The translations under genes were made by a program, and so were the position numbers. From an uncultured Candidatus Saccharibacteria bacterium (GTDB taxonomy: Bacteria > Patescibacteriota > Minisyncoccia > Phycocordibacterales > CALRHW01), in contig CAYOUG010000001.1 of assembly GCA_964407105.1 (NCBI GenBank), positions 230,273 to 284,280 of the forward strand: a stretch of 54,008 nt of DNA. The letters are read 5' to 3'. Below are positions 36,555 to 45,428 of the stretch, one piece after another. Within the stretch, counting starts at the first letter, position 1, and each line of letters opens with the position of its first letter. The notes under the pieces were generated by a model that was not told where the DNA came from, did no database searches, and saw only the letters and a list, made by a program, of their open reading frames with translations.

Positions 36555-37007
36555 ATGTATTTAAATAAAGCACTCATTATAGGTAATCTTACGCGCGATC
36601 CAGAATTAAAATCATTACCATCAGGAATTCAGGTCGCTACGTTTAGTGTTGCAACAAATCGTGTTTGGAAAGATAAAAATGGTGCAAAACAAGAAAGTGC
36701 GGATTATCATAACGTTGTGGTGTTTGGAAGACAAGCAGAAATAGTCGGTCAGTATTTAAGAAAGGGAAGTTCGGCGCTTGTGGAAGGACGAATGCAGACC
36801 AGAAGTTGGGACGCTCAGGATGGTAGTAAAAAGTATCGTACTGAAATAGTTGCTGACCGCATTCAGTTTGGTCCTCGTCGTGAAGGTGGTGGTGGAGCTG
36901 TTGGGGGTTCTGTTCCAAAAGATGTTCCACAAGATTCACCAAAAGAAGCAATTGACACGATAGAGTATCCATCAGAAGAAATTAACCCAGACGATATACC
37001 ATTTTAA
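36555..37007 (+). CDS. ssb: Single-stranded DNA-binding protein
   Basis: NKALIIGNLTRDPE, EGRMQTRSW, C-terminal DDIPF. Confidence 0.98.
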   Translation: MYLNKALIIGNLTRDPELKSLPSGIQVATFSVATNRVWKDKNGAKQESADYHNVVVFGRQAEIVGQYLRKGSSALVEGRMQTRSWDAQDGSKKYRTEIVADRIQFGPRREGGGGAVGGSVPKDVPQDSPKEAIDTIEYPSEEINPDDIPF

Positions 37008-37018
37008 TTAATAAAATT

Positions 37019-37222
37019 ATGCAGAAACAATGTTTTTTCACTCAGAATAATATTAAGCAAATCGATTATAAAGATGTCGATATTCTTAAGAAATTCCTAA
37101 ATCCTCATGCTCGAATCATGTCAAAGAAAAAGACAGGTGTGAGTTCAAAGTACCAACGCCAACTCGCTCTCGCTGTAAAACGTGCTAGATTTATGGGACT
37201 TCTTCCGTTTGTTGCTAGATAA
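37019..37222 (+). CDS. rpsR: 30S ribosomal protein S18
   Basis: IDYKDVDILKKF, QRQLALAVKRARFMGLLPF. Confidence 0.97.
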   Translation: MQKQCFFTQNNIKQIDYKDVDILKKFLNPHARIMSKKKTGVSSKYQRQLALAVKRARFMGLLPFVAR

Positions 37223-37231
37223 AATAAAAAT

Positions 37232-37337
37232 AAAACAAAAACACCTTGGAAAGGGGGTCTCGAGCGCGACGGCGCGAGAGCTTCAGGATTTTTTAAGCTT
37301 CAAAAAATCCGTACCCTTTCCAAGGTGTTTTTGTTTT
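37232..37337 (+). repeat. Palindromic dispersed element, copy 3 (64-bp core in 21-bp IR)
   Basis: AAAACAAAAACACCTTGGAAA [core 37253-37316] TTTCCAAGGTGTTTTTGTTTT; between convergent rpsR and efp. Confidence 0.95.
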
Positions 37338-37339
37338 TT

Positions 37340-37906
37340 CTAACTATTTAATCGATCTGTATACTCACCAGTTTCAGTGTTGATGCGTAGAATATCTCCT
37401 TCTTTTACAAACATTGGCACAGTGACCATAGCTCCAGTTTCTACTTTTACTTGTTTGTTGCCACCCTTTGCCGTATCTCCTTTTACAGCAGGAAAAGCCT
37501 CAATAACCTTTAGATCTACCTTGATTGGAATTTTTACACCAATTATTTTTTCATCAAAAATAAGTGCTGACACAATTGAATTTGTTTTTAGGAACTGAGC
37601 TCCAGAGCCTATTATATTTTCTGCAATTTCAAAACGTTTGCTCGGATCATTCACCTCACAAAACCAAAAAGCATCTTTGTTGGTGTAAAGATATTTTATA
37701 TCTCTACTCGACATATCTGCCTCCTCGACTTTATCTGAAACATGAAATGACACTTCTGCCACTTTTCCAGTAATCAGATTTTTCATTTTTACAGCATTTA
37801 CTGGTTTGCGTTGTTGTTTTCGAAACACATGAGAGTGAATCACCTCATATGGCGCGCCTTCATACACTATAAATTTTCGTTCTACTACTTCGTTATATTC
37901 CAACAT
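37340..37906 (-). CDS. efp: Elongation factor P
   Basis: MKNLITGK, YLY, PAVKGDT..GGNKQVKVETGAMVTVPMFVKEGD...TETGEY. Confidence 0.95.
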   Translation of the reverse strand: MLEYNEVVERKFIVYEGAPYEVIHSHVFRKQQRKPVNAVKMKNLITGKVAEVSFHVSDKVEEADMSSRDIKYLYTNKDAFWFCEVNDPSKRFEIAENIIGSGAQFLKTNSIVSALIFDEKIIGVKIPIKVDLKVIEAFPAVKGDTAKGGNKQVKVETGAMVTVPMFVKEGDILRINTETGEYTDRLNS

Positions 37907-37968
37907 AATACCAAGGAGTCTAACCCAGTAAAGAGAAAAAGTCTACTGTAAATGCCTAATTTAAAGGT

Positions 37969-38979
37969 TTATACAACTTCTTTAAGCTTTGTGTGAATTT
38001 GAGCTAAAATTTCATCAGTTATTTTAGGATTCTCTTTCAAGAATTGTCGCGTTGCATCATATCCACGACCAAGTTTTACTTCTCCATATGCGTAGCTTGA
38101 ACCAACCTTACTAATGAGTCCGTGTTTTTCACCAAGAGCAATAATTTCTCCCTCCTTTGAAATACCTTCGTTGTACATAAGGTCGAATTCTGTTTGCTTA
38201 AATGGAGCTGCTACTTTATTTTTTACCACTTTTGCTCTGATGCGTGAACCCATCACTTCTTCACCTTTTTTTATTTGAGCGATACGACGAATATCGATGC
38301 GTACCGAAGTGTAAAATTTCAAAGCTTTTCCACCGGGTGTTGTTTCTGGATTACCAAACATTACACCAATCTGCATACGTATTTGATTGATAAAAATCAC
38401 AATAGTTTTACTTTTCGCTACGATTGCGGTGAGTTTGCGTAACGCTTGTGACATTAGTCTGGCTTGTTTTCCTACATGATGTGCGCCCATATCTCCCTCT
38501 ATTTCATCTTTTGGGGTAAGGGCGGCGACAGAGTCTATTACGATTACATCAATTTTTCCTGAACGAACAAGGCTCTCGGTAATTTCAAGCGCTTGTTCTC
38601 CGTTGTCTGGTTGAGAAATAAGCAATTCGTCTATTTTTACACCGAGTTTTTTTGAATATTCTGGATCCATTGCGTGTTCTGCGTCAATAAAAGCACACAC
38701 GCCACCTTTCTTTTGTGCTTCAGCTATTATGTGCAACGAAAGGGTGGTTTTTCCTGATGACTCTGGGCCAAATATTTCAACAATTCTTCCACGAGGCACT
38801 CCTCCTACACCGAGCGCTGCGTCCAAACCTATTGATCCGGTGGGAACGGCATCAATATCTACTCTCGGTTTTTCGCCGAGTTTCATAATCGAATCATCTC
38901 CAAACTTGTTTTTTATTTCTCTAAGTGCGTCCTCAATTTTCAAACCATGTTCTTTTGGTGCTGTAATTTTTTTTGCCAT
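37969..38979 (-). CDS. recA: Recombinase A
   Basis: [36 protein letters not shown]. Confidence 0.99.
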   Translation of the reverse strand: MAKKITAPKEHGLKIEDALREIKNKFGDDSIMKLGEKPRVDIDAVPTGSIGLDAALGVGGVPRGRIVEIFGPESSGKTTLSLHIIAEAQKKGGVCAFIDAEHAMDPEYSKKLGVKIDELLISQPDNGEQALEITESLVRSGKIDVIVIDSVAALTPKDEIEGDMGAHHVGKQARLMSQALRKLTAIVAKSKTIVIFINQIRMQIGVMFGNPETTPGGKALKFYTSVRIDIRRIAQIKKGEEVMGSRIRAKVVKNKVAAPFKQTEFDLMYNEGISKEGEIIALGEKHGLISKVGSSYAYGEVKLGRGYDATRQFLKENPKITDEILAQIHTKLKEVV

Positions 38980-38982
38980 ATA

Positions 38983-39372
38983 TTAATTTAATTCTTCCTG
39001 CGATTCTGTTAACACAAGAGGCTCGTGTTCGGTGAGCACGAGTTCAAGTTTTTTTTCTTTCAACCGACCAAATTTGTCGGCGACAGTTAGTTTGATGATG
39101 TTGTATCCAGGGGAGAGAAGCATTTTTTCGCTGAAAACACCTTTGTTGTCTACGGTAATTTTTCTATCGTTTAAGCTAATAGATGAAATGTTACGAGCCA
39201 AACCCTTTATTTCTATGAGTGCGGTATCAGTAGCCGAACCATCAAGGGGTGAAAAAATTTCAATAACCGGTCCAATAATTAGATTTCGCGATTCGTACAA
39301 TGAATAGCTAGCAATAAATACGATTATAAGGGTAATCGTTGCTATTTTTATAATGGGTTTAATCATTCTCAT
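38983..39372 (-). CDS. Single-TM protein with Ig-like beta-sandwich domain
   Basis: TM then GPVIEIFSP...IKGLA...LND...GVFSEKMLLSPGYNIIKL; start re-set to ATG 39372. Confidence 0.7.
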   Translation of the reverse strand: MRMIKPIIKIATITLIIVFIASYSLYESRNLIIGPVIEIFSPLDGSATDTALIEIKGLARNISSISLNDRKITVDNKGVFSEKMLLSPGYNIIKLTVADKFGRLKEKKLELVLTEHEPLVLTESQEELN

Positions 39373-39388
39373 AGATGTATTTAGTATA

Positions 39389-41602
39389 CTACAGGTGTTC
39401 TTCGGGTGTTTCTTCTTGTGTATCAGCGTTTTCACTATTTATATTGGTTTCTGCACCCATCACGTCACGAGGTTTTGCACCAGATCCTGGACTTACCACA
39501 CCACGTTCTTCTAACATATCTATAAGTCTTGCTGCACGAGCGTATCCTACACGAAGTTTTCTTTGAAGATATGATGTGGAAGCTTTTCCTGCGTGTATTA
39601 CAATTTCTCGCGCTTCTTCATATAGTTCATCATCATCTTCATCTCCACCGCCAATACCAGATTCAAAAATCGCATTTTTACCATTCTGTCCATCGAGATC
39701 TATTTCCTCGGGAATCTCATCTTTAAATTGATCTGAGAGATACTTTACAACACTTTTTACTTCATTTTCTGAAATGAAAGCAGACTGAATACGTTGTGGT
39801 TGAGACATGTCTCCAGAGATATAAAGCATATCGCCGGCGCCAAGGAGTTTTTCTGCACCACCAGTATCCAAAATTGTGCGAGAGTCTATTTGAGAAGATA
39901 CCTGAAGAGCTATACGAGCTGGAATATTCGCTTTAATAAGCCCAGTAATGACGTTTACCGATGGTCTTTGTGTTGAAAGGATAAGATGTATACCTACAGC
40001 TCGACTCATTTGAGCAAGGCGCACAACAGCAGACTCAAGTTCTCTTGGATAAGCCTGCATTATGTCTGCGAGTTCGTCTATTATAATTACGATAAACGGC
40101 ATAGTTTCAGGAAGTTTTGTTTCACCATTTTCGTCTTTCGGAAGTTTATCTTCTCGCATTTTTTTAAGTTCTGGCTCGAGTATGTTTTTGTGATATGAAT
40201 CAATGTCGCGTACAGATTCAGACTCAAGAAGGTCGTAGCGTCTTTCCATTTCTTTTGCCGCCCACTTTAGAGCTATGATCGTTTTCTTTGGATCAGTGAT
40301 TACTGGAGTGAGAAGGTGGGGGATTTTGTTGTACAAAGTAAGCTCCACGCGTTTTGGGTCGATCATTATAAATTTAAGGTGTTCTGGAGAATTTCGATAT
40401 AAAAGAGACGTGATGATTGCGTGAATGGTTACAGATTTTCCAGAACCAGTAGCTCCAGCGATGAGTAGGTGGGGCATTTTAGAAAGATTTGCAAAACGAG
40501 ATGAGCCGGTGATGACTTTTCCAAGACCAACAAGGAGAGATTTTTCGGATTTTTGATACTCGTCTGCAGAAAGTAATGTACCCAAACCAACGGTGGTTTT
40601 GGTAGTGTTTGGTATTTCAATACCCACAAGTGATTTGCCTGGTATTGGTGCTTCTATACGAAGTGGATGAGCCGCTAGAGCAAGGGAGAGGTCGTTTTGA
40701 AGCGCTATGATACGTGAAAGTTTTACACCCTCTGCTGGTTTTAGAGCATATCTGGTGACGGACGGACCTATGGAAATTTCATCCATTTCTACATCTATAC
40801 CGAAATTCATAAGGGTGCGTTTTATAATATTTGCATTTGCTTTTATATCGCCCACTTCTGGTTTACCTTTGTCACGTTCTAGAAGAGAAAGTGGGGGAGG
40901 AGCAAAAACTTTTCCAACAGTAGAATTCATTGGTCGGAAGCCACCAAACTCATTTTCTTCCGATTCCGGTTTTGTGGGTTTCTTTACTACTGAGCGTTCG
41001 TCGGAAGTTTGTTTTGTTGCATCCAACCCCTTGTCTTCTGTTTGTTGTGCAATTTTTACATCTACTTCTTCGAACTCTTTTTTCTCATCTTCTTTTTTGC
41101 CAAAAAATTTGTTCCATAATGCTGGCAAAAATGGAATACGAAGCGTGGTATCAAAAACAACAAGTATTGATATGAGGAGTACGGCGATCAAAATAACATA
41201 TGAAGCTGTGTAGTCGAAGAGTTTTACAAATGGGAAAGCAACCATTTTTCCAAGAAAGCCGCCCCGGGTTGGAAATGTAAGATCAATAATACCGAGTGCT
41301 GAACACAGCAAAGCTAACGAACCTATTGTTTGGGTGAGGGCCAAGTTTCGTTTTAATGACATTAAAAACGAAATGCCAAGAATGATAAGTACTATTGGTA
41401 AAAGGAAATAACCGATTCCTAAAAGCATACCAAGGGTTTTGTATGTAAATACACCCACTGGGCCAGCTTTTGCAAGCGCTGAAAGACCCAAAAATAATGC
41501 GACCACAAAAAGAGCAACGGCGAGTATGGCTTGTACGGTATCTTCTTTCAGATTCTTTAATGGATTAAATTGTTTTTTTTCTTTGTTCGGTTTTCTACCC
41601 AT
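39389..41602 (-). CDS. ftsK: FtsK/SpoIIIE DNA translocase
   Basis: N-terminal TMs, PHLLIAGATGSGKS, MIDPKRVEL, IIIDELAD, gamma domain RKLRVGYARAARL; start re-set to ATG 41602. Confidence 0.97.
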   Translation of the reverse strand: MGRKPNKEKKQFNPLKNLKEDTVQAILAVALFVVALFLGLSALAKAGPVGVFTYKTLGMLLGIGYFLLPIVLIILGISFLMSLKRNLALTQTIGSLALLCSALGIIDLTFPTRGGFLGKMVAFPFVKLFDYTASYVILIAVLLISILVVFDTTLRIPFLPALWNKFFGKKEDEKKEFEEVDVKIAQQTEDKGLDATKQTSDERSVVKKPTKPESEENEFGGFRPMNSTVGKVFAPPPLSLLERDKGKPEVGDIKANANIIKRTLMNFGIDVEMDEISIGPSVTRYALKPAEGVKLSRIIALQNDLSLALAAHPLRIEAPIPGKSLVGIEIPNTTKTTVGLGTLLSADEYQKSEKSLLVGLGKVITGSSRFANLSKMPHLLIAGATGSGKSVTIHAIITSLLYRNSPEHLKFIMIDPKRVELTLYNKIPHLLTPVITDPKKTIIALKWAAKEMERRYDLLESESVRDIDSYHKNILEPELKKMREDKLPKDENGETKLPETMPFIVIIIDELADIMQAYPRELESAVVRLAQMSRAVGIHLILSTQRPSVNVITGLIKANIPARIALQVSSQIDSRTILDTGGAEKLLGAGDMLYISGDMSQPQRIQSAFISENEVKSVVKYLSDQFKDEIPEEIDLDGQNGKNAIFESGIGGGDEDDDELYEEAREIVIHAGKASTSYLQRKLRVGYARAARLIDMLEERGVVSPGSGAKPRDVMGAETNINSENADTQEETPEEHL

Positions 41603-41750
41603 AACGATGTGTAAATAACGGCAATAATATGCATATATAGTAACACATAATGATAATGCACTTTTTTGCATACATATAAAAATACACGTGAGCAGTTCAA
41701 GAACCTATAAAGAAAAGTTAAAGTGTGTCGCAGTGAGTAAATTGAGGATA

Positions 41751-41900
41751 AAGGACTTTACAATTGTCCCTTTACGTTCTATAATGGACATATTCAAAAT
41801 CTTTAAAAAGTCCTTGATATATAACAGACATTAAATCAGGGACAATAAAAGACAAAAACATGGACGAAAAAATAGATAAAAATACCAATTCAGGACAAGA
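41751..41900. promoter_or_regulatory. Array of (G/A)GAC(A/T)-core motifs in both orientations in the ftsK / HTH-gene divergent spacer
   Basis: AAGGACTT, TTGTCCCT, TGGACAT, AAGTCCTT, CAGACAT, AGGGACAA, AAGACAA, TGGACGA, AGGACAA within ~150 bp. Confidence 0.5.
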
Positions 41901-42756
41901 GAAAAGCTCTAATTCTGGAAAAGAACTAGATAATACAAACCTTTTTAGTCATCTTGGTATATCAGACAAAAACTTTCTATTTCAGTATAAAAAGACAGAA
42001 AAGATACTTGCGGCACTTTATCTTGTTACAAATTTTTTACCAAACCAAGAACCCTTGAGATGGGAAGTACGTGAGTTGGGATTGAATCTTCTTTCGAGTG
42101 TAATGTCTTTGAAAGATGCATTACCATCACAAAAAGATGAGTTGTGCACAATGATCAAAACAATTGTTCTTGAGATGATTTCTTTGTTAGAAATTGCATA
42201 TTTTGCTGGTTTTATTTCTGCGATGAATTTCGAGGTTCTTAAAGGAGAATTTGTTGTTTTACTTGGATCTGTTTCTGTTACAAAACAATCGCTTGAATCA
42301 TTTGTATTACCCAATAATTTCTTTGTTGATAACACTTCTATATCTGGAGGCAATTCGATATCTACTGATTATTCACGTGCACCACTTGCGGATAATTTTG
42401 ACCGATCAATACGTGCCAACAATATAAAAGACAATTCATTTATTGGTGTATCAACATTATCAAAAAATAATTCTTCACAAAATTTTCATAAAGGACAGAA
42501 TAATAAAAAAACGGCCACCCCCAATATCTTTTCAGAAAAGAAAACATACGGCTCTGTTCTTATAAAAAAGACCAGTAGACAGACGGTTATTATTGATCTT
42601 TTAAAAAAGAAAAAAGAGATCATGATAAAGGACGTTTCTGCTGTTATAAAAAACTGTAGTGAGAAAACACTACAACGCGAACTTCTTTCTATGGTAGAAC
42701 AGGGTATCCTAAAAAAAGAAGGTGAGCGTCGTTGGAGCAAGTATTCTCTTGCATAA
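41860..42756 (+). CDS. Hypothetical protein: N-terminal helical bundle, low-complexity linker, C-terminal DeoR-like winged HTH
   Basis: RQTVIIDLLKKKKEIMIKDVSAVIKNCSEKTLQRELLSMVEQGILKKEGERRWSKY. Confidence 0.8.
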   Translation: MDEKIDKNTNSGQEKSSNSGKELDNTNLFSHLGISDKNFLFQYKKTEKILAALYLVTNFLPNQEPLRWEVRELGLNLLSSVMSLKDALPSQKDELCTMIKTIVLEMISLLEIAYFAGFISAMNFEVLKGEFVVLLGSVSVTKQSLESFVLPNNFFVDNTSISGGNSISTDYSRAPLADNFDRSIRANNIKDNSFIGVSTLSKNNSSQNFHKGQNNKKTATPNIFSEKKTYGSVLIKKTSRQTVIIDLLKKKKEIMIKDVSAVIKNCSEKTLQRELLSMVEQGILKKEGERRWSKYSLA

Positions 42757-42759
42757 TCG

Positions 42760-42789
42760 TTGACTTTTAGCCTATTTTTAGCATATAAT
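42760..42789 (+). promoter_or_regulatory. Near-consensus sigma70 promoter heading the long S-layer leader
   Basis: TTGACT-N18-TATAAT. Confidence 0.6.
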
Positions 42790-43340
42790 CGCTTGGCCTG
42801 GTTGGAGATAGCTTAGGTTATCCCCAGCCGTTGTTTTGCAGGTTATTTAAGGAAAAGGTACTATGTACATTATACGTAACCAGTAGTGTTGACATAGTGT
42901 CAAATACTACTGATTGTGTATGTTTCCGAGTGTAAGAATAACGGCTGTTTTGCGTCTCATTACAGGAAGACAGACCAGGTATTGATCGTTGACAATTTCA
43001 TATACAAAAAAGAGAGATTTATGTGCGTATAGGATGCTGTACGACTTTTTACTTATATGGAAGTATGACTGAAAATCAGACCAAATTTCTATAACTAGCC
43101 CGCCGCCTTGCGTCGGTTTACCTCCGAGTCTACTTTGTTGGACGAAGAGTCTAAATTAAGGTGGTGGTTAGTGGAAGGATTCATAAACAAGAAATTGTTT
43201 ATGAATCAAACACTTGTATTAATAAACGTTAATTAATACGAATATTAATACAAGTGTGTGCATTACATTATAAAAAATAATTTCTTTTCCTGAATACATT
43301 ATTAATAATTAAGGAAAAGATGTTCATTATTAAATACAAT

Positions 43341-45323
43341 ATGTTTAAAACATCAAAAACTGCACGAGTTTTTGCAGGAGTTGTTGGTATCGCGATGGTT
43401 GTTGTTGCTTTTGGCGCATTTGTTGCACCAGTAAAGGCAGAAACGACTGATCTCGCAGCACTTCAAGCACTAGTTGCTTCATTGCAAGCTCAGATTGCAG
43501 CATTATCAGGCGGATCAAGTTCTACAGTTTCTGGATCAGCTCCTATGTCTCCCCTTACAGAAGGAAGCTCAGGTGCTGAAGTTACAAAACTTCAGAATTT
43601 CTTGATCTCAAAAGGCTTTGGCATTTCAGCTGGAGCTACAGGATTCTTTGGTGGTCAAACAAAGGCGGCTCTTGCGGCTTTCCAAGCAGCAAACGGAGTT
43701 TCACCTGCAGTTGGTTACTACGGTTCAGTTACAATGGCTAAAGTTGCATCAATGATGACAACTACAACCACTACAACTACAACCACAACTACAACCACAC
43801 CAGGTCCTACAACACTTGAAGGAACAGATGGTTCAATTTCTGACGTAAATGTTCTTTCACAATACTCAAACGAGGAAGTGGGAGATGCAGAATCAGATGT
43901 AAAAGTTGCTGGATTTGAAGTTGAAGCTTCAAAAGATGGAGACATTATGTTGAAATCTGTAAAACTTCATTTTGCTGGAGCATCAAATTCTGGCTCAACA
44001 AAATTGGCTGATTATGTAGATTCAGTATCTGTATGGATGGGATCAACAAAGATCGCTACTGTAGATGTATCTGACTTCAACAAAGACAGTACAGGAGTAT
44101 ACACAAAAACAGCTACATTAAAGAGTGGTGTTGTTGTAAAAGCTGATACCACAGAAAAGTTTTACATTACTGTAGATGCTATTAGTAATCTCGATTCAAA
44201 TGATATTACTGGAGATGCATGGACCGTTGATGTTGACAATATCCGATACGAAGATGGATCAGGTGTAACAACAACTGATACTGATTCAGGAGATGTTAAC
44301 GCTATGAACGTTTCGATAAACTTTGTAAGCTTCTCAACATCTGCTAACACAGAATTGAAGTTCTCTACAGATTCATCAAACAATCCTGATGCTGGTGTTA
44401 TCGTTGTCGATGATACAGACAATACAGACGGAGTTGTTCTAATGGCTGGTAAGATCAAAGTGGAAGGAACATCAGATGTGTGGATGGATGCATTACCAGT
44501 TACCTTTGTAACTACCGGTGGTGCAAATCTTTCTGCTGTTACTGGATCAGTAACATTGAATATCGGTGGTGAAGAATATTCAGAGACCACTGGCGCAAAC
44601 TGTAGTCCAACTTGTGCTTCAAACACAACAGCTACAGTAACATTCGATAATCTTGATTTCACAATGGATGCTGGAAAAACTGTAAGTTTTACAGTTTCTG
44701 CTGACATCAATGATATTGACGCTGGAAATCTTGATGAAGGAGATACTTTGGCTGCTTCTATTACTACAAACAACCGAAATTACATTGATGCGGAAAATTC
44801 AGAGGGTGATCAGTTGTCTGATTCTACAGAGAAATCTGGAACAGTTACTGGTAATGCTCAAATATTCCGAACAAGTGGAATTCAGTTGGAGTTTGTTGAT
44901 GCAACTGAAGATGCTACTGTTGGTACAAGTGCAAATGATGACGTGGGATTGTTTACAATCAAATTTAAAGTAACAGCTATTGGAGACACAGTTTATATTG
45001 CTTCAGCTGTTGCAAACGGTGCTACTTATTCTGTTGACAAGAGTGGAACAGCTACAACTGCAAACTCAATTACAGCAGCATTTGTAAATAATTCTGACAC
45101 TGATTTGACAACTACATACGGTCTATGGGAGATCGAAGAAGGTTCAAGTGAAACACTTACACTTTCTGTAAGCGTTCCATTGGGAGCAGGAGGTACATCA
45201 GGACAGTATCGCGCAGCTCTTACGGGAGTATTGTGGGGTACAAATTCTGCTGATGCTCAACCAGACAATACTTACTCATCAAATCTCGATACGTTCAAGA
45301 CCTCTTACATGGTTCTTAACTAA
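43341..45323 (+). CDS. S-layer-like secreted protein with peptidoglycan-binding domain and poly-Thr linker
   Basis: Signal peptide (VKA/E), LQALVASLQAQIAAL coil, LTEGSSGAEVTKLQNFL...FFGGQTKAALAAFQ PG-binding domain, Thr14, then T/S/D/V-rich beta domains. Confidence 0.8.
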   Translation: MFKTSKTARVFAGVVGIAMVVVAFGAFVAPVKAETTDLAALQALVASLQAQIAALSGGSSSTVSGSAPMSPLTEGSSGAEVTKLQNFLISKGFGISAGATGFFGGQTKAALAAFQAANGVSPAVGYYGSVTMAKVASMMTTTTTTTTTTTTTTPGPTTLEGTDGSISDVNVLSQYSNEEVGDAESDVKVAGFEVEASKDGDIMLKSVKLHFAGASNSGSTKLADYVDSVSVWMGSTKIATVDVSDFNKDSTGVYTKTATLKSGVVVKADTTEKFYITVDAISNLDSNDITGDAWTVDVDNIRYEDGSGVTTTDTDSGDVNAMNVSINFVSFSTSANTELKFSTDSSNNPDAGVIVVDDTDNTDGVVLMAGKIKVEGTSDVWMDALPVTFVTTGGANLSAVTGSVTLNIGGEEYSETTGANCSPTCASNTTATVTFDNLDFTMDAGKTVSFTVSADINDIDAGNLDEGDTLAASITTNNRNYIDAENSEGDQLSDSTEKSGTVTGNAQIFRTSGIQLEFVDATEDATVGTSANDDVGLFTIKFKVTAIGDTVYIASAVANGATYSVDKSGTATTANSITAAFVNNSDTDLTTTYGLWEIEEGSSETLTLSVSVPLGAGGTSGQYRAALTGVLWGTNSADAQPDNTYSSNLDTFKTSYMVLN

Positions 45324-45352
45324 TCTTGGTTTGACAGCGTAAGCTGTTGACT

Positions 45353-45390
45353 AAAACAAAAACCGCCCTTTATGGGGCGGTTTTTGTTTT
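45353..45390 (+). terminator. Strong intrinsic terminator
   Basis: AAAACAAAAACCGCCC-TTTATG-GGGCGGTTTTTGTTTT. Confidence 0.88.
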
Positions 45391-45428
45391 GCTTGAAAAA
45401 CTCATACATTTGAGATAATCTGTAGCAT

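Noticed and set aside
43758-43799. Thr run as a phase-variable simple sequence repeat
   Set aside because: Codons are mixed (ACA/ACT/ACC), in-frame triplets; not a slippage tract
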